A stretch of DNA of 64,000 nt from a virus, in IMG/VR virus record IMGVR_UViG_3300045988_154312, positions 160,001 to 224,000 of that record; one strand, given 5' to 3'. This document shows, piece by piece, positions 7,640 to 16,667 of this stretch. A model generated the notes under the pieces. It was given only the letters and a program-made list of their open reading frames with translations, was not told the DNA's origin and ran no database searches. The stretch's first letter is position 1. Each line of letters begins with the position of its first letter. The position numbers were made by a program, and so were the translations under genes.

Positions 7640-8740
7640 TTATTAAGGAGCGAGCGTCAGCGAGCGAATGTATATTTGTTTGTATATAAGCCCGAGCGAG
7701 CGAAGCGAGCGGAGGGCGTTTATTAGGTTCTCTGTGTACTCTCTTCCAAGAGAGTAGTTTTGTTTATTATTTGTATTGTAAGGCGAGCGAAGCGAGCCGT
7801 TAATATTCTTTGTTTACTTTCTTCTTAAGAAAGTAAGTATTGTATTATTTATTAGTAGTAGTTCTCTGCTATCTCTCTTGTAAAGAGAGTAGTTATGTAT
7901 TATATATATTTATATATGTAGATTCTCTGTTATCTCTCTTCTCAAGAGAGTAATTAGTTATTTATATATATATGTATCATAATAGTATTAACGCAGCGAG
8001 CGAAGCGAGCGGAGTATCTGTTATGTATAGTATATAGTTATTCCCGACGAGTGAGGAGGATACGACGAGCGAGTTGTAGTGTCCTAGCGTAAGCGACGAT
8101 CATAAGAGTATATATTTATATATTATATATAGGGCGAGCGAAGCGACCGTCAGGGAGCGGAGCGAGCATAGTATTATTATATAATATATTATAGGGAGCC
8201 TCAGCGACCGGAGTATATATATAGTCTTATAGGAGCTAGATAGGCAATAAGGATTGATAAGGATTTAGTATATCGTGATATAGTATATCGTATTATACTA
8301 TAGTAGTATATAGTCGATCCTTATTTACAGTAAGAAGGAAAAATCGGCCTTGAATTTCTGGAACCGAAGGTTTTAAAAAATTACGATATTTTCCGCCCGG
8401 GAGTATCTGTATCATATATATAGTAGGGAGCGTTAGCGACCGATGGTATCATATATATACGTTAGTATATATTAAGTATTTTCTGCCGTCGGTATTTTGT
8501 TAAAAGAGAGACTAGTATATGTAATAATAGCCGCTTAGGATATTATGGTTTATATATAATATGTTTTTAGTTAATGTTTTTACTGTACATATTATATGTA
8601 CAGGTATTAAAAACTTTTAGGGTGGGATATCTTATAATAATATTGAACGTCAGTGAAATGTTATTATAGATTTAAATCTTATATTAGATATAATTTTAAT
8701 GAGAGCTATTAATGTGAAGAATAGGGAGCGCCGCGAATCT
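7640..8740. repeat. Dispersed GCGA-rich islands (GCGAGCGAAGCGAGCG-like) in an AT/TATA-rich background
   Basis: Copies near 7648, 7691, 7781, 7991, 8045, 8131, 8192, 8424 and 8721. Three of them are followed by GGAGTAT(C/A)T. Confidence 0.8.
7728..7953. repeat. Four copies of a ~30-nt hairpin unit (TTCTCTG..CTCTCTT-loop-AAGAGAG)
   Basis: Units near 7728, 7811 (variant ACTTTCTT/AAGAAAGT), 7862 and 7922. Confidence 0.7.
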
Positions 8741-9524
8741 ATTCAGCTATTAAAATTCTTAGTCGACACGATAGTATAGTATGGTAGAGATCGTGTCGAT
8801 AGGTTACGAGTGCTAACGAGTTATATGTAGAATTCGTTATTAAGAATAGTGTTATCGATGTAGCTTGCGAAGAGAAATAGTATTCTTTAGAATTCGTAAC
8901 AATATATCTAATGCGTTTGTGTGTCTATCGATATATATCAAGAAAATATATACCGACGTGTGCGAATGGAGTTTACGAAGTGTGGCACGCAATCAATTTT
9001 TATATCTCGTAACGAAGCCGTTTACGGTTCGTATTAGTATTATATATAGCGAAGCGAACAATGTAAGCGGAATGTAACTATATAATATTTAATACGAATT
9101 ATACCAAAGTATTAGAAGTTAGTAAGCGTCTAATAAGTAGGTGGTTTTTTGTTTGGGATCCGCCGTTATCTTAGTATTTCATTTACTAGCTAAGGTATTT
9201 AAAAGTCCCTTGCGTTTATTTTAGTCGAGTTATTATTTAATATATATTATATATAATAATAACGAAGAGCCATTACTGTTAAGAATGGATAGTAGACGAA
9301 ATTGGGAACGGGCCCCAATAATAGTTATTAGATTTTTAATATAATAACGTTAATGGTTCGTCGTGTACGATCCTCTGCGAGTTGTTTATCTTCACAGCAG
9401 ATTAATTACTATTAAGAGTTTGGAGCATTTTTAAAATGGGACAACATTTTGTTAGTATTCTTTGTCTATATTATATATATAAAAAAAAGACCCCCATGGG
9501 GCCGTTATATATTGTTTTGTATCT

Positions 9525-9561
9525 GGAGCGGTGAAACTTCGTTTCACCGGTATATTACTCA
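9525..9561 (+). repeat. Conserved 37-nt element, copy 1 (GGAGCGGTG hairpin CACCGGTATATTACTCA)
   Basis: Stem CGGTGAAAC/GTTTCACCG with a TTCG loop, and conserved flanks. Confidence 0.8.
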
Positions 9562-9684
9562 TGCTTGAGTAAGAGTTATTTAAAAAATAAAAAAATATGT
9601 CAGAAAATAAAAAAGACCCCGAAGGGCCGTTTTTATATAATTATTTTTTTAATGTTCAGCTGTCGCTATCAATAATAAATTATT

Positions 9685-9722
9685 GGAAGCGGTGTAACGT
9701 AGTTACACCGGTATATTACTCA
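9685..9722 (+). repeat. Conserved element, copy 2
   Basis: Stem CGGTGTAAC/GTTACACCG, with a compensatory A:T to T:A change relative to copy 1. It has the same GGTATATTACTCA flank. Confidence 0.8.
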
Positions 9723-9846
9723 CTTTAGATGCTTAGTTGTCAAAAAATAAAAAAATATTTTTTATTTAATTATATATATAGCAAACAATAAAAAAAAACA
9801 GCCTTAGATTTTTATATCCAAGACTGTTTTGTGTGTGTAAATTTCA

Positions 9847-9881
9847 GGAGCGGTGAACTGCGTTCACCGGTATATTACTCA
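9847..9881 (+). repeat. Conserved element, copy 3
   Basis: Stem CGGTGAAC/GTTCACCG with a TGC loop, and the same flanks. Confidence 0.8.
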
Positions 9882-9985
9882 TATTAGTATATCATTAATT
9901 AATTTTGTAAAAATAATTAAATATTCATTATTAATGCATAATTGAAAGTACGGATATTTTTAAGTAAAAAAAATACAAAAAATTA

Positions 9986-10011
9986 AAGTCAGATAATATC
10001 TGGCTTTTTTT
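9986..10011 (+). terminator. intrinsic terminator after element copy 3
   Basis: GTCAGAT-AAT-ATCTGGC followed by T7. Similar A-run/stem/T-run hairpins lie at ~9481-9506, ~9608-9635 and ~9790-9832. Confidence 0.55.
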
Positions 10012-10633
10012 AATTTTGGTGTCGCCTGCGGTATATATAGGAAACAATAAAACATAATATACAGAATATGTATATTTATGAATACGAGCTTTTTTCAAAA
10101 GCGTTCTTCGACCATAGCTTACTCCGAAAAGTTTAAATGAAACGTCGTAAGCGTAGTAGTGACGCGGGTTTTTAATAATTTTATGTATAAGATTATTTAG
10201 GGTTAGGAACGATCGATATAAAAATTGCTCCCTTAACAGTTCTTATTCATCTCTTATATATACTATATATATAATATAATAATATTTATTTTTTTAAATA
10301 GTCCGCCGTCTCCTCACGAGCGCCAACACCAGTTATTTATTGCTTTATATACTATATATATAGGTAAAGCTATGGCTTTGTTCGTGCAGAAGATACGGCT
10401 CTTGGACTATAGGTGATACTGACTATACAGTATGCTCCCTTGGGGGGTGGGGGGAGTCAGTAACACTCTCAAGTTAGTTATTTTTATCTAAAAACTAATA
10501 AAAATCGTTTATGGCTATTAAAATGATCATAAGTCCGCAACACTTTAAAATCTCCCTTTAACAGCTAAAAACTAGTATTTTTTAAAATATCAAGTTGCTT
10601 TTATTTGCTATATTTTAGCCTATTTTCATATTA

Positions 10634-10689
10634 GATGTATTTGGTCCGATGTATTTGGTCCGATGTATTTGGTCCGATGTATTTGGTCA
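10634..10689. repeat. 4 x 14-bp perfect tandem direct repeat (GATGTATTTGGTCC), iteron-like
   Basis: Read directly from the sequence. The last copy ends in A instead of C. Confidence 0.95.
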
Positions 10690-11015
10690 CATAATATATT
10701 TAATTAGCGTAGCGTATTACTATATATATCATTAATCTGTTATAGCAACTTTATTAGTACTTAATAGCTGTATATAGTCATATATATAGTTTATTGTTAT
10801 ATTATATATATGGTTTAATATATATTATTAGTATTAAGTTATATTATATATTGCTATACTATGTATATATAATAGTATTAGTATATATGTATTATGTTAT
10901 TATATATTGTATTAAGATATATAATTAAGAGAAACTATTAAATGGAAAGATGCGGGCGATTTTGTATATGGTATTTTATATCAAGTCGTTCACGGATCCG
11001 TATATGGATTTTTAA

Positions 11016-11204
11016 ATGTATTGTATTTTGTCGGAGGAAAATATTATTTTAATAATATCAGCAGTAATTATGTTTTTACTATATAAATTAGGCAATAAAT
11101 TATTTAAAGAGCACTATTATAACAGTCGATTAAAAACTATATATTTAATTTTATGTTTTATAATAGTATGCATATTAATTAGACTATTATATTTATATAT
11201 ATAA
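11016..11204 (+). CDS. small membrane protein
   Basis: 62-aa ORF with two hydrophobic segments. No clear SD. Confidence 0.4.
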   Translation: MYCILSEENIILIISAVIMFLLYKLGNKLFKEHYYNSRLKTIYLILCFIIVCILIRLLYLYI

Positions 11205-11222
11205 GATTAATATTCTTTAGTG

Positions 11223-11240
11223 CGTGCTCCGCACCGAAAT
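11223..11240 (+). promoter_or_regulatory. GC hairpin (TCC loop) + GAAATC motif copy at the head of the small-gene array
   Basis: GTGC-TCC-GCAC-C-GAAATC, about 47 nt upstream of the ATG at 11287. Confidence 0.5.
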
Positions 11241-11286
11241 CTCCCGTAGTCCTTTTTTGTTGTATAGGAGTTAATGAGCGTAGCGA

Positions 11287-11487
11287 ATGAATCAATATTT
11301 AGTCGATCAGATTGTCGACCATAGCGACTGGATACGGTATACGCGTCCAAGGAAGATGTGTTATTCTGACGATATAAGCAAGAAATATGATCTAGATAAT
11401 ATAATCGTAGCAATTAGCGAAAGTTATTATAAATATAGTGCTGAATTATATTTACAATATTATATGTATTTAATAGTAGCAGAATAA
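11287..11487 (+). CDS. Tyr-rich C-terminal motif family, member 1
   Basis: 66 aa. C-terminus KYSAELYLQYYMYLIV. Confidence 0.6.
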   Translation: MNQYLVDQIVDHSDWIRYTRPRKMCYSDDISKKYDLDNIIVAISESYYKYSAELYLQYYMYLIVAE

Positions 11488-11503
11488 ATGGAGGAAACTA
11501 ATA

Positions 11504-11767
11504 ATGAAATATTTAATACAAGAAAAAGTTGTCGGCGATATTAATCTTGAAATCGAAGCTTCCGATATGGTTAAAGCTGTTAAATTAGCTAGAAAATATA
11601 TCGAAGATAATTATAAAGATATTTTTATCGACTACGATTGTTTCCAAGAGAAACAAGTGTTTGGTTGTTCTGATCGAGAATTTAATAAAGACAGTAAAGA
11701 AGGATTTATTATGATTATTCGTGAAGACAAAAAAACAATGAGTCATTTTGAAATAAAAGTTAAATAA
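11504..11767 (+). CDS. hypothetical protein
   Basis: 87 aa. SD GGAGGAA upstream. Confidence 0.7.
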   Translation: MKYLIQEKVVGDINLEIEASDMVKAVKLARKYIEDNYKDIFIDYDCFQEKQVFGCSDREFNKDSKEGFIMIIREDKKTMSHFEIKVK

Positions 11768-11774
11768 AGTCGTT

Positions 11775-11978
11775 ATGAATAAGAATGAATTAATCGATAA
11801 TATTATCGATGCGGCCTGGATAATAAAAACAAAATATCCAAAATATATGCCGTCCCGAAACTTTCATATAGTCGACGTTATTACAAAAATTACTGTATAT
11901 AGTAATGGTAGTCAAGAAATTAACGGTATGATTTATTATAGCTATTATTTATTTTTAGGACATTTAGATTATGAATAA
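11775..11978 (+). CDS. Tyr-rich motif family, member 2
   Basis: 67 aa. C-terminus NGMIYYSYYLFLGHL. Confidence 0.6.
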   Translation: MNKNELIDNIIDAAWIIKTKYPKYMPSRNFHIVDVITKITVYSNGSQEINGMIYYSYYLFLGHLDYE

Positions 11979-12174
11979 ATCAAAGTTTTTCAATGAATTG
12001 GTATATTATAATATCGATAAATGTAAGATAAATAAATATGAAAAATATAATGTCGTTTATAATACTGGTTATAGTATTCTTAGGAATTATATTATTTATC
12101 GTAATGGCGACGAAAAATATAGTGCAAACATATATGTTTATTATTATCTATATTTAAGTTTAGAACATATATAA
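11971..12174 (+). CDS. Tyr-rich motif family, member 3
   Basis: 67 aa. C-terminus KYSANIYVYYYLYLSL. Confidence 0.65.
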   Translation: MNKSKFFNELVYYNIDKCKINKYEKYNVVYNTGYSILRNYIIYRNGDEKYSANIYVYYYLYLSLEHI

Positions 12175-12186
12175 AGGAGGGATTAT

Positions 12187-12414
12187 ATGGAATGTTATAC
12201 TATATCTAAAAGAGAAATATTTATATCAGAAGTCAGAAGAATGACATCTAACGTTATGTGCATTTCATATTTCCCCCATCGGAATATTGAGCCGGCATAC
12301 TTTAATTTAATGGAAGGAATGTCTTATGACGGCGTAAAAAAAGATCCTTTATTCTTATACGATTATTATATATATTTATCTCTTCTAGAATTAGGATATT
12401 ATAATGAACCATAA
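12187..12414 (+). CDS. Tyr-rich motif family, member 4
   Basis: 75 aa. SD AAGGAGGG. C-terminus LYDYYIYLSLLELGY. Confidence 0.7.
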   Translation: MECYTISKREIFISEVRRMTSNVMCISYFPHRNIEPAYFNLMEGMSYDGVKKDPLFLYDYYIYLSLLELGYYNEP

Positions 12415-12622
12415 ATTAAATAATATAGTTAGTAGAGAAAATTCAAAATTGCCTAATAAGATTTATAATAAATATATAGCAAGGCCAGATATTCAAGGCG
12501 ACTTATTAGTATATTATGATCTCGTATATGAATATGTATCTAATGGTATTGCATTATATGATTATTATATATTTTTAAATTATGTAGAATTAGGATACGA
12601 TAATGGACTGCAAAATAAATAA
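12404..12622 (+). CDS. Tyr-rich motif family, member 5
   Basis: 72 aa. C-terminus LYDYYIFLNYVELGY. The N-terminus is related to the members at 12603 and 16668. Confidence 0.65.
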   Translation: MNHKLNNIVSRENSKLPNKIYNKYIARPDIQGDLLVYYDLVYEYVSNGIALYDYYIFLNYVELGYDNGLQNK

Positions 12623-12797
12623 TATAATTTTTAATCATAATTTATTGTTACCTGATGAACTTTATAATAAATATATAATAAAACCAAATTTTTATAGTCG
12701 TATGGTAGTTTATTTCGGTCTTAGATATAAATACATATCTAATTCAAAAGAACTATATGACTATTATATATATTTATCATTAACAGGAACATTATGA
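12603..12797 (+). CDS. Tyr-rich motif family, member 6
   Basis: 64 aa. Contains LPDELYNKYII and KELYDYYIYLSL. Confidence 0.65.
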   Translation: MDCKINNIIFNHNLLLPDELYNKYIIKPNFYSRMVVYFGLRYKYISNSKELYDYYIYLSLTGTL

Positions 12798-13003
12798 AAG
12801 AATATCATTTATCAGAAGTATTAAGAATAACTTATCTTGTATACACTAAATATAATCGTAAGTATGATATAGATCTTAATTTTTTAATGTGTAGAAAATG
12901 AAATAATATTATCGTATATATAAATGAATATAACGATACGTATTCTGGTAACTTATATTATGATTATTATATATATTTAAGTTTAATGGATAACAGTATA
13001 TGA
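12794..13003 (+). pseudogene. Tyr-rich motif family member 7, interrupted by an in-frame TGA
   Basis: The reading frame is colinear with and highly similar to 20103..20312 (MKEYHLSE(V/I)LRI(T/S)YLVYT..YSGNLYYDYYI). TGA at 12899-12901 replaces the TTA (Leu) codon of the paralog. Confidence 0.75.
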
Positions 13004-13197
13004 ATTGGAAAATGAAGTATTATCTAATAAATTTTGAATATGATATAGTGAGCAATTCATTTAGATGTAATACACAAAAATATATACTAGTTAATAATTC
13101 AAAATTTTTATATAATATAAATCTTGATGACGATACAAGGAATAGTGGATTTTATTATTATTACTATATATACTTAATGTTTATTGACAAGAGCTAA
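13000..13197 (+). CDS. Tyr-rich motif family, member 8
   Basis: 65 aa. C-terminus GFYYYYYIYLMF, with mixed TAT and TAC codons. Confidence 0.65.
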   Translation: MNWKMKYYLINFEYDIVSNSFRCNTQKYILVNNSKFLYNINLDDDTRNSGFYYYYYIYLMFIDKS

Positions 13198-13209
13198 TAA
13201 GGAGAATAT

Positions 13210-13572
13210 ATGAAATTTGATCGATGTTTATTAAACGACAACACATATCTTTTCTTAGGCTATGATAAAGGACAAGAAGTATATTGCTTGCGAAATATTA
13301 TATGCATTAGAATTAAAGGAGTTTTAATGGTCGACGCTAGTTTGTTAAGAGTAAGAAAACGCAGCGCCGATAGTTTTGATATTAAGATGACATTACATAT
13401 TAATAGTAATAATGAAGTGTATAGATCATCCTATATATCGTTAAAACATCCTAATAAAAGTATTGTTATTAGAGATGACGACAGTCATCGTAAGGAATAT
13501 ATATTAGCATTAAGAAACTATATTATGGAATATAACAATATAGAACTATTAAGGAGTGAAAATATGTGTTAA
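13210..13572 (+). CDS. hypothetical protein
   Basis: 120 aa. SD TAAGGAGAA. Confidence 0.7.
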   Translation: MKFDRCLLNDNTYLFLGYDKGQEVYCLRNIICIRIKGVLMVDASLLRVRKRSADSFDIKMTLHINSNNEVYRSSYISLKHPNKSIVIRDDDSHRKEYILALRNYIMEYNNIELLRSENMC

Positions 13573-13886
13573 ACTTAATTTCAAAGTATCAAGACGATAT
13601 TAAAAACTTTATTATTAATAAATATAGTCTAGGTAAAAAAAAATATAATTTCGATTATTTTTGTGAATCAGTTTTTAATTTAAAAGAACTTGATCTTTAC
13701 TATAAAAATGCTTGTCATTGTAAAATTATAAAATATAGTTGGCATCATGATAAAGAAGATCCATATCCTAAAAATATTGTTATACAATTTGAAAATAAAG
13801 AAACATTAAAAGATGTATCTCTTGATGATTTATTTTTAACAAAAAGTTCGTTAAAACAATACAATTGGTTTTTTAAAGAGAATTAA
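13566..13886 (+). CDS. hypothetical protein; paralog of 18086..18538
   Basis: GTG start after AAGGAG. It shares C(H/K)(I/V)(I/V)KY(S/D)W...LF LT..SL(K/E)(Q/K)Y(N/G)WFFKE with the 18086 gene. Confidence 0.65.
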   Translation: MLNLISKYQDDIKNFIINKYSLGKKKYNFDYFCESVFNLKELDLYYKNACHCKIIKYSWHHDKEDPYPKNIVIQFENKETLKDVSLDDLFLTKSSLKQYNWFFKEN

Positions 13887-13901
13887 TAAGAAAGAACGCA
13901 C

Positions 13902-14231
13902 ATGAAACATTTATATTGTAAAGAAAAATTCGACAAAGAAAAATATGATCATATATTAAAATTAAAAGTATTAATATCTCAATGTAATTGCGGTAGTATG
14001 CTTCTATATCTTAATAAAATAATGGTTAAATTAGAAGCAATTGAACGCATCGAGTTCGATAAAAATAATGAATATCAATTAACATTATATATTCATTATC
14101 AAAAAAACAATAAAGATCTTTATGAAATCATCGAAGTAAAATTTGAAGATTATGAAGAATTCGAAGAATATAAAGAAATGATCGGCGACATTTTCTGTTA
14201 TACATTTATTAACGAAGAAGCGACTTATTAA
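13902..14231 (+). CDS. hypothetical protein
   Basis: 109-aa ORF in the + strand array. Confidence 0.6.
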   Translation: MKHLYCKEKFDKEKYDHILKLKVLISQCNCGSMLLYLNKIMVKLEAIERIEFDKNNEYQLTLYIHYQKNNKDLYEIIEVKFEDYEEFEEYKEMIGDIFCYTFINEEATY

Positions 14232-14242
14232 GGAGTAAAATT

Positions 14243-14557
14243 ATGGTACTAGAATTCTTAAGCGAAACCGATGCTCTTAATGCTTTTACATTTCATGGAC
14301 AAGATGTATTTAAAAGATTAAGAGAGCATCCATTATTCGTAGAAATTGAAAAAGAATATACACCGATAAAAGGCGAATCTATATTTAGTATCGGCTATGA
14401 TTCTGGACTAGAAAATCGTTATGTTACACGATTTATTAAAATAAAACGATATAAGAATTATGTGCGATTAATTCCAGAAAACGATACATATAATTGGATC
14501 GCAAAAGAATTAATCGATTTATTTATTTCCGATATGAAGTATAATGTTATTGTATAA
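14243..14557 (+). CDS. hypothetical protein
   Basis: 104 aa. SD TAAGGAG. Confidence 0.7.
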   Translation: MVLEFLSETDALNAFTFHGQDVFKRLREHPLFVEIEKEYTPIKGESIFSIGYDSGLENRYVTRFIKIKRYKNYVRLIPENDTYNWIAKELIDLFISDMKYNVIV

Positions 14558-14569
14558 GGAGTAAAAACT

Positions 14570-14779
14570 ATGAAAAATTACGACCATGTTATAAAAAACA
14601 AAATATTACCTGGCGGCAAGCTTATATCTGATTATCAGATTATGACAGGAAACGGCTTGAACGAAGTGGAGTTGGAATATATCGACGAAGTCGGTATTTT
14701 GCCAGTAGCCCCAAAAGATCAATGGATTATCCCGAAAGGCTACGTAGTTGATTTAGATGGCTGCGTTAAAAAAGCATGA
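14570..14779 (+). CDS. hypothetical protein
   Basis: 69 aa. SD TAAGGAG. Confidence 0.7.
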   Translation: MKNYDHVIKNKILPGGKLISDYQIMTGNGLNEVELEYIDEVGILPVAPKDQWIIPKGYVVDLDGCVKKA

Positions 14780-15084
14780 GAGATAAAAGTTACGCAATAG
14801 TATTTTATCACTATGATAAGAATAATAATTTTCATTACGGCGTTATTTCTTGTGAATACGGTTTTATGCGTCAATTATATTCTGCGTATTATACATATAT
14901 GACAGCTAGTATTGACTGTATGATTTCGATAATCGATGCTAACGAATTAAAGTATTTAGAAGAAATGGAACTAGCTTATGACGATCCAAATTATTATGCT
15001 AATGAAATACAAATGGCTATCGAAGAATGTAGCGTAACAGAATTGATTAAAAAATTAAATAAAAGAAGGGAAACTATACTATGA
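14776..15084 (+). CDS. hypothetical protein
   Basis: 102 aa. ATGA overlap with the previous gene. Confidence 0.65.
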   Translation: MRDKSYAIVFYHYDKNNNFHYGVISCEYGFMRQLYSAYYTYMTASIDCMISIIDANELKYLEEMELAYDDPNYYANEIQMAIEECSVTELIKKLNKRRETIL

Positions 15085-15302
15085 AAATATTATTAGCAGG
15101 ATTAATTATTGCTTTATTTACAGTATCAGCTATTGCCGCAAAAATATTAGGTATCGCAACAGTAATTGCTTTTGTATTAGCGTTAATCGGTTTATTCGAT
15201 GTACAAATGAGTACGGCTATTAATTTATTATTATTAACAGTCGGCGCCGGAACTTTTGCAATTATTTTAATGGCTATCGGTAAAGTATTAGCATTTAGAT
15301 AA
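15081..15302 (+). CDS. small membrane protein (2 predicted TM segments)
   Basis: 73 aa and almost entirely hydrophobic. ATGA overlap with the previous gene. Confidence 0.65.
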   Translation: MKILLAGLIIALFTVSAIAAKILGIATVIAFVLALIGLFDVQMSTAINLLLLTVGAGTFAIILMAIGKVLAFR

Positions 15303-15303
15303 T

Positions 15304-15480
15304 ATGAATAAAAAACTATATCATGATATAACAAAACATATATATAGTATAAGTCTTAATAGAGATTTCGATAGATTTTTAATAGTACTTAATCTTAATA
15401 TAGATTTAACTAAAATATATGATAGCGAGATATACTATACTTTATATAAATATTATCTATATATAATGATTAAGATATAA
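15304..15480 (+). CDS. Tyr-rich motif family, member 9 (58 aa, below the ORF-track cutoff)
   Basis: Translated by hand: MNKKLYHDITKH...EIYYTLYKYYLYIMIKI. Confidence 0.5.
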   Translation: MNKKLYHDITKHIYSISLNRDFDRFLIVLNLNIDLTKIYDSEIYYTLYKYYLYIMIKI

Positions 15481-15490
15481 AAGGTTTTGT

Positions 15491-15688
15491 ATGAAAAATA
15501 GATTAGAACAGATCTTAGTAAATATTGAATACAATATGAGAAATGACTATTACTGCTATAGTATTATTAAAAAATATCGTATAAATAATAATATTAGATT
15601 TAATCTTGGCGACGAAGATAGCTTTTTATTTGTCGATGAAAATTATTACTACTATTATATATATTTATGTATATTTAATATATCTTAG
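15491..15688 (+). CDS. Tyr-rich motif family, member 10
   Basis: 65 aa. C-terminus ENYYYYYIYLCIF. Confidence 0.65.
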   Translation: MKNRLEQILVNIEYNMRNDYYCYSIIKKYRINNNIRFNLGDEDSFLFVDENYYYYYIYLCIFNIS

Positions 15689-15715
15689 TATTAATATATA
15701 TTTAACGAGGTGATT

Positions 15716-16330
15716 ATGAAAAGTTCAAACGATACGAGTTTAGATTACTCGTTAAAACATATGCTAAATAAAAACGACTATAAGATTGTGTATTATGGTC
15801 AACATATTATGAAAAATGACGATTGTTATTTGTATGACTATCATACAGAAATAGAGCATAAAAATAGTCCTTATCTTATTAGTATTTTTCGAGAAGGTAA
15901 GGCGTCGCGTTTTTACGAAGATAATAAAGATTATTATTTCGTAAAAATCGTAAATCAATTAAATAACGATCAAATATCTTATCAAAGAATTAGCGAACGT
16001 TCTGAAGACGTAATTAAATATATCGTTAATAAATTATATGTTTTTAAAAATAATCAAGATATAGATTTATTAAAAGAATTTAAAGATCGATATACTAATA
16101 TATTTGTTACAGAAGACAATAAAATATGTTTATTATTTGTTGCCAACAATAAATTCACAAATTTTATTATTAAATATGAAGACAAAGAATATAAATTTAT
16201 TATTTCGTTAGACGGTTGTGATAGAGCCGAAAGAACTGCTAATAATAGAATAGAATTAATTAATCGTATCGAAGAACGATTAATGGAATTTGATGATATT
16301 ACAGAAGGCATTAGGAGCGATATAAAATAA
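15716..16330 (+). CDS. hypothetical protein
   Basis: ATG about 5 nt after the GAGG SD. About 204 aa. Confidence 0.65.
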   Translation: MKSSNDTSLDYSLKHMLNKNDYKIVYYGQHIMKNDDCYLYDYHTEIEHKNSPYLISIFREGKASRFYEDNKDYYFVKIVNQLNNDQISYQRISERSEDVIKYIVNKLYVFKNNQDIDLLKEFKDRYTNIFVTEDNKICLLFVANNKFTNFIIKYEDKEYKFIISLDGCDRAERTANNRIELINRIEERLMEFDDITEGIRSDIK

Positions 16331-16659
16331 TGGCTATTGAATTTAAATTTGATGAAGATATAAAGTTAATATATCAAGATTTTACGTACGATATATTTAT
16401 TGACGATCATTGCACAAAATATGAAATATATGATAGCGGAAATGCCGTAACTGGATATATTCGTTTATTTATATTAAATAAAGAAACTAATTATATTAAA
16501 ATTCTTAACGATATTTTTATCGAAATTGATCGTAATAATAATTTTATCTATATAGATCGAGATAATATTAGAGATGAATTATATCTTGTCCAATTATTAG
16601 AATTGAACGAAATTAAAAAATCTATATATAACTATATCGACAATATATCAGGATATTAA
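16330..16659 (+). CDS. hypothetical protein
   Basis: 109 aa. TAATG overlap with the previous gene. Confidence 0.6.
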   Translation: MAIEFKFDEDIKLIYQDFTYDIFIDDHCTKYEIYDSGNAVTGYIRLFILNKETNYIKILNDIFIEIDRNNNFIYIDRDNIRDELYLVQLLELNEIKKSIYNYIDNISGY

Positions 16660-16667
16660 TATGAAAA

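Noticed and set aside
7424-9077. ORFs 7424..7726 and 8865..9077 in the repeat region
   Set aside because: They have no SD, they span GCGA islands and palindromes, and their translations are low-complexity and implausible.
10634-10689. Possible CRISPR array
   Set aside because: The four 14-bp repeats are directly abutting with no spacers, and no cas genes are present. It is a plain tandem repeat.
12899-12901. TGA read as Trp (genetic code 4), given the extreme AT content
   Set aside because: Dozens of genes in the window terminate at TGA, including many ATGA start/stop overlaps, and the paralog has Leu rather than Trp at this position. The standard code 11 fits.
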